64,000 nucleotides of DNA from Chloroflexota bacterium (GTDB lineage Bacteria; Chloroflexota; Dehalococcoidia; UBA2247; JAUWOP01), in the NCBI GenBank assembly GCA_030612045.1, contig JAUWOP010000001.1:26767-90766 (forward strand). The letters run 5' to 3'. Shown in pieces: positions 9,485-19,135 of the stretch (positions are counted from its first letter, which is position 1; each line of letters begins with the position of its first letter). The notes beneath the pieces are model-generated. The model was given only the letters and a program-made list of their open reading frames with translations, searched no databases and was not told where the DNA came from. A program made the position numbers and the translations under genes.

Positions 9485-9645
9485 CAATCAAGATTAGCTA
9501 ATGATAGACTAAAAAGTAGTGGCTTGGATACTTTAGTATGCTAGCTAGCATGGAAGGTTGAGTATCGAGCTAAAGTAGGTTTGTGAAGGTGCAACTCCTG
9601 TTAATTATCCCAGTAAGTTAGACTGTCAACTAAAAGGAGAGTGAG

Positions 9646-10740
9646 ATGCAGGTTACACTAAGCGTGATCAAAGCTGATGTTGGAGGGTTCGTAGGTCATT
9701 CCAGCTCACATCCTGAAGTCTTAGATAAAGCTAGGAAATCGATGGATAAAGCTAAGAAACAAGGAATGCTCATTGATTATCATGTTACTCGCTGCGGAGA
9801 TGACCTGCAGTTGATTATGACCCATGAGATGGGGGAAAATAATGGTGCTATACACAAACTGGCATGGGATACCTTCCTGGAGTGTACTGAGGTTGCTAAG
9901 CGGCTGAAGCTACATGGAGCAGGTCAGGACCTCCTTAGTGACGCCTTTTCGGGTAATGTAAAGGGAATGGGTCCCGGGGTAGCCGAGATGCAGTTTGAAG
10001 AGAGAGAGGCTGAGACCATAATTATCTTTATGGCAGATAAGACTTCATCTGGAGCATGGAATTTGCCCCTCTATAAGATGTTCGCTGACCCATTTAATAC
10101 TATTGGACTGGTTATCGCCTCCAATATGCATAAGGGGTTTTCTTTCGAGGTACATGATGTTAAGGGACATAAGAAGATTGTGTTCCATGCCCCTGAAGAA
10201 ATCTATGATATGTTGGTCTTCATGGGAGCACCAAGCCATTATGCTGTCAAGGCAGTGTATCACCGTGAGACTGGAGAGATTGCTGCTGTCTCCTCTACTG
10301 AGCGTCTTTCTTTAATTGCGGGAAGGTATGTGGGTAAGGATGACCCTGTGTGTGTAGTTCGCTCCCAGGGACAATTTCCTGCCGTGGGAGAAATCTTGGA
10401 GCCCTTCACTATGCCAACATTGGTAGAAGGTTGGATGCGTGGTTCACACCATGGACCATTGATGCCAGTAGCTGTGGAGCAATCTAATCCTAGTCGTTTC
10501 GATGGTCCCCCTAGGGTGATTTCCCTGGGGTTCCAGATTGCCAATGGTATGCTGGTAGGACCCCGAGATATGTTCGATGACCCCTCCTTCGATGATGCTC
10601 GCCACCTGGCAAACCAGGCTGCTGAGTACATGAGGCGACATGGACCCTTTGAGCCCCATCGCCTTCCCCTGGAAGAAATGGAATACACTACTATGCCTCA
10701 GGTGATGAAAAAACTGGAGGTAAGGTTTACAGATTTGTGA
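9646..10740 (+). CDS. fbp: Fructose-1,6-bisphosphate aldolase/phosphatase (class V FBPase, archaeal type)
   Basis: MQVTLSVIKADVGGFVGHSSSHPEVL...DYHVTRCGDDLQLIMTH is the characteristic N-terminus of the bifunctional FBP aldolase/phosphatase. Confidence 0.8.
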   Translation: MQVTLSVIKADVGGFVGHSSSHPEVLDKARKSMDKAKKQGMLIDYHVTRCGDDLQLIMTHEMGENNGAIHKLAWDTFLECTEVAKRLKLHGAGQDLLSDAFSGNVKGMGPGVAEMQFEEREAETIIIFMADKTSSGAWNLPLYKMFADPFNTIGLVIASNMHKGFSFEVHDVKGHKKIVFHAPEEIYDMLVFMGAPSHYAVKAVYHRETGEIAAVSSTERLSLIAGRYVGKDDPVCVVRSQGQFPAVGEILEPFTMPTLVEGWMRGSHHGPLMPVAVEQSNPSRFDGPPRVISLGFQIANGMLVGPRDMFDDPSFDDARHLANQAAEYMRRHGPFEPHRLPLEEMEYTTMPQVMKKLEVRFTDL

Positions 10741-11360
10741 CTGCTAAACTACTCCTCGCTACAGGAAATGCTGCTAAACAGCAGGAGTATTTTCAGCTAC
10801 TGGAAGGTATTCCCTTCCAGCTCACTACCCCTGCGAGGGAGAATATCAAGTTAGTAGTGGCAGAGACAGGCACTACACTGGAGGAGAATGCTCGTCTTAA
10901 GGCTGTTGCCTATACCGTAGTAAGTGGTTTACTAACTCTGGCTGATGACTCTGGTCTGGAGGTAGTAGTATTGGGAGGAGCACCAGGGGTTCTTTCGGCA
11001 AGGTATGCAGGAGATAATGCCTCTGATGCAGATAAGGTTTCATATCTTCTTTCACAGCTTAGTGGAGTACCAATGGCGGAGCGTCTGGCCCACTTCCGAT
11101 GCATTATTGCTATCGCTCATCCCACAGATAAGATGGAGCTTTGTGAGGGAGTGTGTTGTGGTCTCATTACCCTTGAACCAAGAGGAGAACATGGCTTTGG
11201 CTATGACCCGATTTTTTATCTGCCCAAATTGGGTAAGACAATGGCTGAGCTTACTATGGATGAGAAGAATAAGCTGAGTCATAGAGGGATAGCTGCCCGA
11301 AAAGCCAGAGCCATCTTAGAATCTTACATAAGTCCATGTCTACCAGGAGGTGTGATGTGA
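10737..11360 (+). CDS. rdgB: Non-canonical purine NTP pyrophosphatase (RdgB/HAM1 family)
   Basis: LLLATGNAAKQQEY...DDSGLEV...FGYDPIFY are Ham1 family motifs. Overlaps fbp by 4 nt. Confidence 0.8.
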   Translation: MTAKLLLATGNAAKQQEYFQLLEGIPFQLTTPARENIKLVVAETGTTLEENARLKAVAYTVVSGLLTLADDSGLEVVVLGGAPGVLSARYAGDNASDADKVSYLLSQLSGVPMAERLAHFRCIIAIAHPTDKMELCEGVCCGLITLEPRGEHGFGYDPIFYLPKLGKTMAELTMDEKNKLSHRGIAARKARAILESYISPCLPGGVM

Positions 11361-12604
11361 AATTGACGTGTCTTCAAGAAAATCTGAACAAGGGGTTAGG
11401 GGTTGTTAGTCGAGCAGTAGCAACGCGGACAACCTTGCCCATTACTAATAATGTTCTTCTTTCTGCAAAGGAGTCTCGCCTCAAGCTATCAGCTACTAAC
11501 CTGGAGATGGCTGTAATGTGCTGGGTTGGAGCCAAGGTAGAAGAGGAGGGGGCAATCACGGTTCCTGCTCGACTCTTTATGGAGCTTGTTAATTCCCTGC
11601 CCAATGATTTGATAGGATTGAGTCTTTCTCGACATGTATTAGAACTGAAATGCGCTCGTCTTCATTCTCACATTAATGGGATAGATGCCGAGGACTTCCC
11701 TCCTATTTCTGTAGTTGAGGATGGCTTACGAATCCAAATTGAGGCTGAAGCACTCCGAACAGCCATTAGCCATGTGGTTTTTGTTACTGCTTCGGAGGAC
11801 ACTCGACCAGTGCTCACCGGTGTTCATATTGAGATAGAGAATGATACTATAACATTAGCTGCTGCTGATGGATTCAGATTAGCAGTGTATCAATTACCGC
11901 TGACTTCCTCGGTGGATGAGAAGGTGGAATTTATTGTCCCTGGACGTACCTTGACGGAATTACTTCGGCTTATTGGCGAGCAAGAAGAGCCAGTAGAGTT
12001 AATTGTTAATCCTGCCAGAGGACAGGCTTCATTCAAGCTAAAGAATGCTGAGATGACAACGCAACTTATTCAAGGGAGTTTCCCTAACTACAGACAACTT
12101 ATCCCCCAAAACTATGAAACCCGAGCAGTGGTTAATGTTAAGGATTTTCTCAAAGCAGTAAAAACCGCATCTATATTCGCCCGAGATGCAAGCGGAATAG
12201 TGCGTCTCATGATAAGTATGAATGCTGAGGGTGAAGGCACTTATGCTGCAGACCTGGGGTCGGGTAATCATGGGGGAAACAGTTCGGAATCGGAAACTAC
12301 CATTACACAGGTGGCTCCGAGAAGTGAAGCATTGGCATTGGGCAAAGTAAGCATAATTTCCTCTTCGGAACAGGTAGGTGACAATGTAAGTGAGATAGAT
12401 GCCAGTGTGGAAAGGCTCTCTCCAGAGCAAAGTGAGCTGGCTAGGATTGCCTTCAATTGCAGGTATCTTAGTGAAGTGCTGAGTGCCCTTCACGAGGAAC
12501 AGATAGCATTGGAGATTACCACCCCCTCAAGTGCAGGAGTTATTCGTCCTGTAGGCTCTGATAACTATGTCTACGTGATTATGCCAATGTTTGTTCAGTG
12601 GTGA
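11336..12604 (+). CDS. dnaN: DNA polymerase III beta sliding clamp, carrying an extra low-complexity insertion of about 50 aa in the C-terminal domain; the start is possibly GTG 11357, which has a better RBS
   Basis: KLTCLQENLNKGLGVVSRAVATRTTLPITNNVLL...LKLSATNLEM is canonical DnaN. 422 aa against the usual ~370. The extra GEGTYAADLGSGNHGGNSSESETTITQVAPRSEALALGKVSIISSSEQVGDN segment is the insertion. AGGAGG lies 6 nt upstream of GTG 11357. Confidence 0.8.
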   Translation: MSTRRCDVKLTCLQENLNKGLGVVSRAVATRTTLPITNNVLLSAKESRLKLSATNLEMAVMCWVGAKVEEEGAITVPARLFMELVNSLPNDLIGLSLSRHVLELKCARLHSHINGIDAEDFPPISVVEDGLRIQIEAEALRTAISHVVFVTASEDTRPVLTGVHIEIENDTITLAAADGFRLAVYQLPLTSSVDEKVEFIVPGRTLTELLRLIGEQEEPVELIVNPARGQASFKLKNAEMTTQLIQGSFPNYRQLIPQNYETRAVVNVKDFLKAVKTASIFARDASGIVRLMISMNAEGEGTYAADLGSGNHGGNSSESETTITQVAPRSEALALGKVSIISSSEQVGDNVSEIDASVERLSPEQSELARIAFNCRYLSEVLSALHEEQIALEITTPSSAGVIRPVGSDNYVYVIMPMFVQW

Positions 12605-12688
12605 AGCTAATTGCAGAAAGAACCAGAGGGATAGCCTCTGGTTCTTTCAGTTCTTTGGCGAAAAGGTAGCGGCAGGAGTATGAGGAGC

Positions 12689-13159
12689 TCAAGACTCCTC
12701 CTTAGGGGATTCTTTAGCTATAACCTTGATTTCCTTGGGTTTCAATTCCTCTAACCGTGGAATAGTTAGGGTGAGAATCCCATCTTTAAAGGTAGCCTCT
12801 GTCTTATCGGTGTTAAGCCCGGTAGGAAGCTGGATAGAACGGCTGAAGCTACCATAATGGTGCTCCTGATAGAGGTAATTCTCTTTCTTAACTTCCGTCT
12901 CAGACTTCGACTCACCCTTTATAGTCAGGGTATCTCCAGTAATAGTTACATCCATCTCATCAGGCTTTGTCCCTGGCACAGATGCCTTGATTACTATCCT
13001 ATCAGACTCTTGATACATGTCAATAGGTACCGCAGGTGTCTCTCCCAGCACACTACTAATCAGCCGAGAAGGGCGCATAAAACTACCCTCTAACAATTTA
13101 TCCATCGACTGCCGCACACGCATTAATTCATCGAATGGCTCCCAACGCATTAAATCCAT
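12689..13159 (-). CDS. Hsp20/alpha-crystallin small heat-shock protein
   Basis: Alpha-crystallin domain ...PIDMYQESDRIVIKASVPG...GILTLTIPR... 156 aa. Confidence 0.85.
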   Translation of the reverse strand: MDLMRWEPFDELMRVRQSMDKLLEGSFMRPSRLISSVLGETPAVPIDMYQESDRIVIKASVPGTKPDEMDVTITGDTLTIKGESKSETEVKKENYLYQEHHYGSFSRSIQLPTGLNTDKTEATFKDGILTLTIPRLEELKPKEIKVIAKESPKEES

Positions 13160-13227
13160 CGATACTAAGCTCCTTTCTGATTTATTAGGTTTCCTCTCCC
13201 CTAGCCACTATCCGCATCACTAAATTA

Positions 13228-13256
13228 AATATACCACCCTATAAAAAATTTGTCAA
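13228..13256 (-). promoter_or_regulatory. Sigma70-like promoter for hsp20 (minus strand)
   Basis: Read on the minus strand: TTGACA (13251-13256), 17 nt, TATATT (13228-13233). Confidence 0.45.
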
Positions 13257-13295
13257 GAGTTTTAAACAAAAATTATCACTTTCCTCATAAAAGTA

Positions 13296-13325
13296 TTGAC
13301 ATATTTCTTTAAAATATATTATAAT
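13296..13325 (+). promoter_or_regulatory. Near-consensus sigma70 promoter for the dnaJ-hspR-clpC operon, divergent from the hsp20 promoter
   Basis: TTGACA (13296-13301), 18-nt spacer, TATAAT (13320-13325). Confidence 0.55.
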
Positions 13326-13399
13326 ACCTGTAGTTGTAATAAGAGAGATAGCATTACCATAGAAGTTTGGAGAAGGAGAGGATACCCAAGGGGAAGAGT

Positions 13400-14425
13400 A
13401 TGAAAGGAAAGAAAGATTATTATCAGATTCTCGGGGTAAAGCGGGATGCCACTGAAAAGGAGATTAAGCAGGCTTATCGTAAGCTGGCTCGCAAGTACCA
13501 CCCTGACCTCAATCCAGGCAATAAGGCATCTGAGGAGAAGTTTAAGGAGATAAATGAGGCTCATGAGGTGCTCTCTGATACAGAGAAGCGTAAGAAGTAT
13601 GACCAGTTTGGGGAGCAGTGGATGTATGCTGACCAGTTTGCTAAGGGAGGAGGAGCTCATTGGGACTTCGGCAGTGGTGAGGGGCAGTCTACTTTTGACT
13701 TCAGAGGATTCTCCCCGGAAGGGGGTAGCCTGGATGATATACTGGGAGGAATCTTCTCGGGCTTCACTACAGGGCGTACTGCTGGGGGACGAGGAATGCC
13801 TCGTACCCGGCGAGGTAGGGACACAGAGCACCCCATTGAGATTACCCTAGAGGAAACATACCATGGCGCTACCCGTTTCATCCAACTTCAATCAGAGGCG
13901 GCTTGTCCCAGTTGTGGTGGAGCAGGGATGGTTCATAATGTTATCTGTTCCTCATGCCATGGTACAGGAATAATCCTTGAAGGGCGTCGTTTGGAGGTCA
14001 AGATTCCTGCTGGTATCAGTAATGGGTCAAGAATTCGCCTCGCTGGTAAGGGAGAAGCTGGTTCAGGCAGAGGCACTTCAGGTGACCTTTACTTAGTGGT
14101 CTCAATCAAGCACCATGAGCGTTTTGAGAGAAAAGGAGATGACCTCTATACTGAGGTGTCTGTTCCTCTGCTCACCGCAATACTTGGTGATGAGGTAAAG
14201 GTGCCTACCCTTAAAGGGAGTGTGAACCTTAAGATTCCTGCTGAGACTCAAAACGGGCAGGTTTTTCGTCTAGCAGGGCAGGGCATGACACGAATGAATA
14301 ACTCAGATTGTGGTTCCCTATATGTTAGTGTAAAGGTAACCCTCCCTACTCACTTTACAGAACAGGAGAAAAAATTATTCCGAGAGCTGCAAGCACTTCA
14401 GATAGAGAAGGTACATGAGAATTGA
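13400..14425 (+). CDS. DnaJ-class J-domain co-chaperone (CbpA/DnaJ-like, two zinc-finger CxxCxGxG pairs); the track ORF starts at TTG 13367
   Basis: J domain KDYYQILGV...[14 protein letters not shown] with HPD, a G/F-rich region, CPSCGGAGM / CSSCHGTG, and a C-terminal substrate-binding region. Confidence 0.8.
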   Translation: MKGKKDYYQILGVKRDATEKEIKQAYRKLARKYHPDLNPGNKASEEKFKEINEAHEVLSDTEKRKKYDQFGEQWMYADQFAKGGGAHWDFGSGEGQSTFDFRGFSPEGGSLDDILGGIFSGFTTGRTAGGRGMPRTRRGRDTEHPIEITLEETYHGATRFIQLQSEAACPSCGGAGMVHNVICSSCHGTGIILEGRRLEVKIPAGISNGSRIRLAGKGEAGSGRGTSGDLYLVVSIKHHERFERKGDDLYTEVSVPLLTAILGDEVKVPTLKGSVNLKIPAETQNGQVFRLAGQGMTRMNNSDCGSLYVSVKVTLPTHFTEQEKKLFRELQALQIEKVHEN

Positions 14426-14523
14426 AGACTGAGGAAGCTCTCTTCTTAGCTTTTCCCGTAAAGGAAGTGCTTCTCCCACACCTCATAAACGAAGCCGTCA
14501 GTGGTCAGCAGAGGGGGAGTGGA

Positions 14524-14558
14524 CTGAAAACTGAAAGCCGATAGCTGAAAGCTAAAAA
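14524..14558. repeat. Family D short repeat, copy D2 (intergenic between dnaJ and hspR)
   Basis: ctgaaaactgaaagccgatagctgaaagctaaaaag. Confidence 0.35.
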
Positions 14559-14578
14559 GAATAGAAAGGGTATGGAGA

Positions 14579-14896
14579 ATGGCAGAATTTGAATTTGATG
14601 AGTCAGAGCCTTGTTATGTCATAAGTATAGTAGCTAAGCGGGTTGGTATCCATATCCAAACCTTGCGGTATTATGAAAAGATGGGTGTTATTCAGCCAAC
14701 ACGCTCTGAGGGGAATATTCGCCTCTATTCAGAAAAGGACATCGAGAGGTTGCGGAAGGTCAAAATGCTAACAGATGACCTGGGAGTAAACCTCGCTGGA
14801 GTTGATGTCATCCTGCGCATGACAGAACATATGATAGAAATGGAAAGAGAGATGGAGCAGCTACGGGAGGAAATCAGAAAGCTAGATATGAGATAG
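14579..14896 (+). CDS. hspR: MerR-family heat-shock repressor HspR
   Basis: MerR HTH YVISIVAKRVGIHIQTLRYYEKMGVIQPTR, coiled-coil C-terminus, sits in a dnaJ-hspR-clp operon context. Confidence 0.75.
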   Translation: MAEFEFDESEPCYVISIVAKRVGIHIQTLRYYEKMGVIQPTRSEGNIRLYSEKDIERLRKVKMLTDDLGVNLAGVDVILRMTEHMIEMEREMEQLREEIRKLDMR

Positions 14897-14911
14897 AGAC
14901 AGACCACAGCC

Positions 14912-14943
14912 GGGTAGGTTGACCGATGTCGGTCAACCTACCC
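14912..14943. repeat. Family C 32-bp palindrome, copy C1 (centre TG)
   Basis: gggtaggttgaccga-tg-tcggtcaacctaccc, in the intergenic gap between hspR and clpC. Confidence 0.7.
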
Positions 14944-15057
14944 ATGATGAGATGGGCATTGATAGAGACCCTTCCCCTTTCTATCCCTGTTTGGTAAGGG
15001 GGAGTTGGGGCTGATAGCTAGGTCTCTATCTCTGTCTGATAAGGGGGTGTCACCATA

Positions 15058-17499
15058 ATGAAACAGGACAAATTTACTGAACAGGCACAGGAGGTACTGG
15101 CTACTTCACAGGAGTTGGTACGGCGTTATCACCACAGCCAATGGGATGTAGAGCACATTCTTCTGGCTCTCTTAGAACAAGAGCAGGGATTAGCCACTAA
15201 TATACTTCAGCAGTTGGGAGTAGATACCAGTGATATAAGACGGCGAGTAGAAATGGCGCTGGGACAAGCTCCTCGGGTTGCCTACGAGGGGAATCAGATT
15301 TATGCTACACCACGAGTAGCTCATCTTCTGGAAAATGCTGCTGAGGAGGCAGAACGATTCAAGGATGAATTTGTGGGGACTGAGCACATTCTTATTGCTA
15401 CTGCCACGGAGCAGAAAGGTGAGGCGGCTCGCATCTTGCACGAAGCAGGTATTGATAGAGAAAAGCTCTACTCCGCTCTGCAACGCATTCGAGGCACACA
15501 CCGTGTCACCGACCCCCGGGCAGAGAGCAAATACCATTCTCTGGAGAAGTATGGCCGTGACCTTACCGAGATGGCACAACGGGGAAGGCTTGACCCAGTT
15601 ATAGGGCGTGATGAAGAGATAAAGCGGGTAATGCAGATACTGACACGACGCACAAAGAATAATCCAGTGATTATTGGTGAGGCAGGTGTGGGCAAGACTG
15701 CTATTGCTGAGGGCTTAGCACAGAAGATAGCCACTGAGGATGCTCCTGTATCATTAAGAGGAAAAAGGGTAGTGGCACTTGACCTTGGTGCTCTTGTAGC
15801 CGGTACTAAGTTCCGGGGGGAGTTCGAAGAGCGACTCAAGGCAGTCATGGATGAGATTCGTGAGGCAAAGGGAGAGGTTATACTCTTCATTGATGAGCTC
15901 CATACAGTAGTAGGAGCCGGTGCAGCAGAGGGAGCACTGGATGCCGGAAATATGCTTAAACCAGCGCTGGCACGGGGAGAGCTACAATGTATTGGAGCTA
16001 CCACTCTCGACGAATACCGAGAGCATATTGAAAAGGACAAGGCTCTGGAAAGACGGTTCCAGCCACTTATTCTCAATGAGCCCAGTGTGGAGGACACTGT
16101 CGAAATGCTACGAGGACTGCGCCCCAGGTATGAGGCACACCACAAGGTTACCATTGACGATTCTGCCTTGGTAGCAGCAGCCCACTTAAGCCAGCACTAC
16201 ATAAGTGATCGCTTTCTACCAGATAAAGCTATTGACCTGATAGATGAGGCGGCGAGTAAGCTGCGTATTGAGAACGGTAGTGCACCACCCCAGGTTAGAG
16301 AATTAGAGCGCCGCTTGCAGCACTTGCTTGATGAGGAGGAAGCTGCTTCACAGCGCCAGGACTACCAGCGTGCTGCTGAGATAAAGACAGAGAGGCTTCG
16401 TCTGGAGGAAGAATATAATCATGAAAAGGCAAAGTGGCTGCAGTACAGGAGACCTGATGGTGTGGTGAGTGAAGATGACATCGCTGAACTCATCTCCAAG
16501 TGGACAGGTATCCCAGTAGCTCGTATGGTGGAGAGTGAAGCCAACCGTCTCCTTCACATGGAGGAGCGCCTCCACCAGAGAATCGTGGACCAGGAAGAGG
16601 CAGTGATAGCTCTTTCTGAAGCTATCCGCCGTGCCAGGGCAGGGCTTAAAGACCCCAAGAGACCTATCGGAAGCTTCATTTTCCTTGGACCCACCGGTGT
16701 AGGCAAGACTGAGCTGGTGCGGGCACTGGCAGAGTTACTCTTTGATGACGAAAATGCCATGGTCCGCCTGGATATGTCAGAATATATGGAAAAGTATGCC
16801 GTATCCCGTCTCATTGGAGCGCCACCGGGGTATATTGGTTATGAAGAAGGAGGACAACTTACAGAGGCAGTAAGGCGTCGTCCCTATCAGACAATCCTCC
16901 TTGATGAGATTGAGAAGGCACACCCTGATGTGTTCAATATTCTGCTCCAGGTTTTGGAGGATGGCAGGCTGACAGATGGACATGGCAGAACGGTAGACTT
17001 CAAAAATACTGTGATAATCATGACCAGTAATGTAGGAACTGAGGACATTGAACGCGACCTCAGTATCCATGGCGAGCAGATGGATTCTCAACAGCTACAC
17101 AGGGCAGTAGAGGGTGCCCTCAAACGCACCTTCCGTCCTGAATTTCTCAACCGTGTTGATGACATTATCGTCTTCCAACCCCTAAGTGAGGAGAGCATCA
17201 GGCAGATTGTTGACCTGATGATGAGAGAGGTGCAGAAGCGTCTCAATGAGCACAAGATAACCATCGAACTGACAGAAGAAGCTAAACAATGGTTAGTTAA
17301 AGAGGACTATAATCCCACCTATGGGGCAAGACCACTGCGCCGTGCCATCCAGCGCTATATAGAAAATCCACTGGCGAAGAAGATACTGGAGGAAAAATTT
17401 AACACAACTGCTGCAGATAGTGAAGGAAGCACCATCCTGGTTGATGTGAAAAATGGAGAGCTGGCATTTACCGTGAAAGAAGTGCCTGAGGGCGTTTAG
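15058..17499 (+). CDS. clpC: Class I Clp/Hsp100 AAA+ chaperone; ClpC-like by its length and short UVR-type middle domain
   Basis: Two Clp-N repeats, Walker A GEAGVGKT and [11 protein letters not shown]-like motif [27 protein letters not shown]. 813 aa. Confidence 0.85.
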   Translation: MKQDKFTEQAQEVLATSQELVRRYHHSQWDVEHILLALLEQEQGLATNILQQLGVDTSDIRRRVEMALGQAPRVAYEGNQIYATPRVAHLLENAAEEAERFKDEFVGTEHILIATATEQKGEAARILHEAGIDREKLYSALQRIRGTHRVTDPRAESKYHSLEKYGRDLTEMAQRGRLDPVIGRDEEIKRVMQILTRRTKNNPVIIGEAGVGKTAIAEGLAQKIATEDAPVSLRGKRVVALDLGALVAGTKFRGEFEERLKAVMDEIREAKGEVILFIDELHTVVGAGAAEGALDAGNMLKPALARGELQCIGATTLDEYREHIEKDKALERRFQPLILNEPSVEDTVEMLRGLRPRYEAHHKVTIDDSALVAAAHLSQHYISDRFLPDKAIDLIDEAASKLRIENGSAPPQVRELERRLQHLLDEEEAASQRQDYQRAAEIKTERLRLEEEYNHEKAKWLQYRRPDGVVSEDDIAELISKWTGIPVARMVESEANRLLHMEERLHQRIVDQEEAVIALSEAIRRARAGLKDPKRPIGSFIFLGPTGVGKTELVRALAELLFDDENAMVRLDMSEYMEKYAVSRLIGAPPGYIGYEEGGQLTEAVRRRPYQTILLDEIEKAHPDVFNILLQVLEDGRLTDGHGRTVDFKNTVIIMTSNVGTEDIERDLSIHGEQMDSQQLHRAVEGALKRTFRPEFLNRVDDIIVFQPLSEESIRQIVDLMMREVQKRLNEHKITIELTEEAKQWLVKEDYNPTYGARPLRRAIQRYIENPLAKKILEEKFNTTAADSEGSTILVDVKNGELAFTVKEVPEGV

Positions 17500-17755
17500 G
17501 GTGATGTGTCACTAATGTACTGAACGAGTACACTCCCTTGAGCCAAATGATATGAGAGTGTATAGTTAACAGCGGGATTCCTTACAATCCCCGTTTGGGG
17601 AAACTAGCTAGAGGGGGACTCACCATTACACTGTTTCTCCTGACGGGCGATGTCACTAAGTTAAGCCCAAGCTATTATAGTCTTAGTGAAGCATCTACTC
17701 CTGTAGCAAGGAATGATTGTTCTTCTGGGGAAGATACTTTGTGAGGACATGCTAA

Positions 17756-17953
17756 TTGGGAGGAAATAAGAGGAATTTCTTGAATAAATCTCAGATGATT
17801 ACTAACCTTTATAAGGATAAATTCATAGATGAACAAGTACTATGGAATCTTTTAGGCTCAAGGCTTAAAAAATCAGAAATAGAACAAATAGATGAAACCT
17901 TTAGAAAGTGTAAAGGAAGAGGCAAAGCTAATCATGGGGGACTAAATGAGTGA
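17756..17953 (+). CDS. Hypothetical small basic protein (65 aa) in an AT-rich gap. A 31-aa ORF follows at 17950-18045 with an ATGA overlap
   Basis: ORF only. Local GC is lower than the surroundings. No family recognised. Confidence 0.25.
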   Translation: MGGNKRNFLNKSQMITNLYKDKFIDEQVLWNLLGSRLKKSEIEQIDETFRKCKGRGKANHGGLNE

Positions 17954-18050
17954 AGATATTAGGCCTAGAGAGAGGTTATTAGCCACTGATAATCCTAAAT
18001 TAGTTGGGAGGTATGCAGGGCAACTTGTTTTCATTATGTGAGGAGAAGAG

Positions 18051-19118
18051 GTGATTCAACGACACTATTCTCAGAGCATTCAAATAGGGAAGGTAACTAT
18101 TGGCGGTGACGCCCCTATCGTAGTACAGTCCATGACCAAGACTGATACCAGGGATGCTGCTGCCACTATCGAGCAAATTCGCCGACTGGAGGAGTGTGGC
18201 TGTGAACTCGTTCGGGTAGCAGTCCCCGACCTCAAGGCAGCTCAATCTATAGCCGAGATAAAGAAGGGTATCAACATCCCCCTGGTTGCCGATATCCACT
18301 TTGACTATCGGCTTGCGCTGGCATCTCTTGAGCATGGCGCCGATGCTCTGCGTCTTAACCCGGGAAACCTTCGTGACCCTGAGCACATTGCTGCTGTGGT
18401 TCAAGCTGCTAAAGAGAGGCAGACACCTATTCGTATCGGAGTGAATGCAGGGAGTATGCCACCAGATGAAGGCTGTCAGTCATCAGCTATCAGCTCTACG
18501 ACAGGCATCGTTAGCCGGATGGTTGAGGCTGCTATGGCACAGATACGTTTACTGGAGAGCCTGGACTTTAATCTCATCAAGGTATCCCTCAAGGCTTTCG
18601 ATGTGCCTACCACTGTTGAAGCCTACAGGGCTATTGCTTCTAGAATACCCTATCCACTACACCTGGGGATAACTGAGTCGGGTCTGACTCTACCAGGGTC
18701 TATCCGTAGCGCTATAGGACTGGGGATTCTACTCTCGGAGGGTATTGGGGACACCATCAGAGTCTCCTTGACTGACACCCCTGAGAAGGAAGTATTTGCT
18801 GCCTACGAGATATTAAAGTCTCTCAACCTGAGGGAACATGGGCCCACCCTCGTAAGTTGCCCTACCTGCGGCAGGTGTGAAATTGACCTGATAAGTCTGG
18901 CTAAGAAGGTGGGGGAGAGATTGCAAGGGGTAAGTAAACCCATCAAGGTAGCTGTGATGGGTTGCGTAGTAAATGGGCCTGGCGAAGCCAGGGAGGCTGA
19001 TGTAGGTATTGCTGGTGGAAAGGGCAAGGGGGCTCTATTTAGAAAAGGCAAGGTGGTGCGCACTCTACCAGAGGAAGAACTCCTGAGTGCCCTGATGTCG
19101 GAGATAGAAGACCTCTAA
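18051..19118 (+). CDS. ispG: 4-hydroxy-3-methylbut-2-en-1-yl diphosphate synthase (GcpE)
   Basis: IGKVTIGGDAPIVVQSMTKTDTRD..., C-terminal CPTCGRCEID Fe-S cysteines, GTG start with RBS gaggagaagag. Confidence 0.9.
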   Translation: MIQRHYSQSIQIGKVTIGGDAPIVVQSMTKTDTRDAAATIEQIRRLEECGCELVRVAVPDLKAAQSIAEIKKGINIPLVADIHFDYRLALASLEHGADALRLNPGNLRDPEHIAAVVQAAKERQTPIRIGVNAGSMPPDEGCQSSAISSTTGIVSRMVEAAMAQIRLLESLDFNLIKVSLKAFDVPTTVEAYRAIASRIPYPLHLGITESGLTLPGSIRSAIGLGILLSEGIGDTIRVSLTDTPEKEVFAAYEILKSLNLREHGPTLVSCPTCGRCEIDLISLAKKVGERLQGVSKPIKVAVMGCVVNGPGEAREADVGIAGGKGKGALFRKGKVVRTLPEEELLSALMSEIEDL

Positions 19119-19135
19119 ATTACCCTGCGGAAATC

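Noticed and set aside
13160-13400. HspR operator (HAIR) or CIRCE element in the divergent heat-shock promoter region
   Set aside because: Reading both strands found no CTTGAGT-N7-ACTCAAG or TTAGCACTC-N9-GAGTGCTAA. Reported as absent rather than annotated.
15468-16154. 228-aa minus-strand ORF inside clpC
   Set aside because: Antisense shadow ORF within a well-supported chaperone gene. Ser/Arg-rich low-complexity translation. The same reasoning rejects 12038..12493 inside dnaN, 27393..27941 inside the DUF58 gene, 46603..47166 inside leuB, 13319..13831 opposite dnaJ, and 10260..10688 inside fbp.
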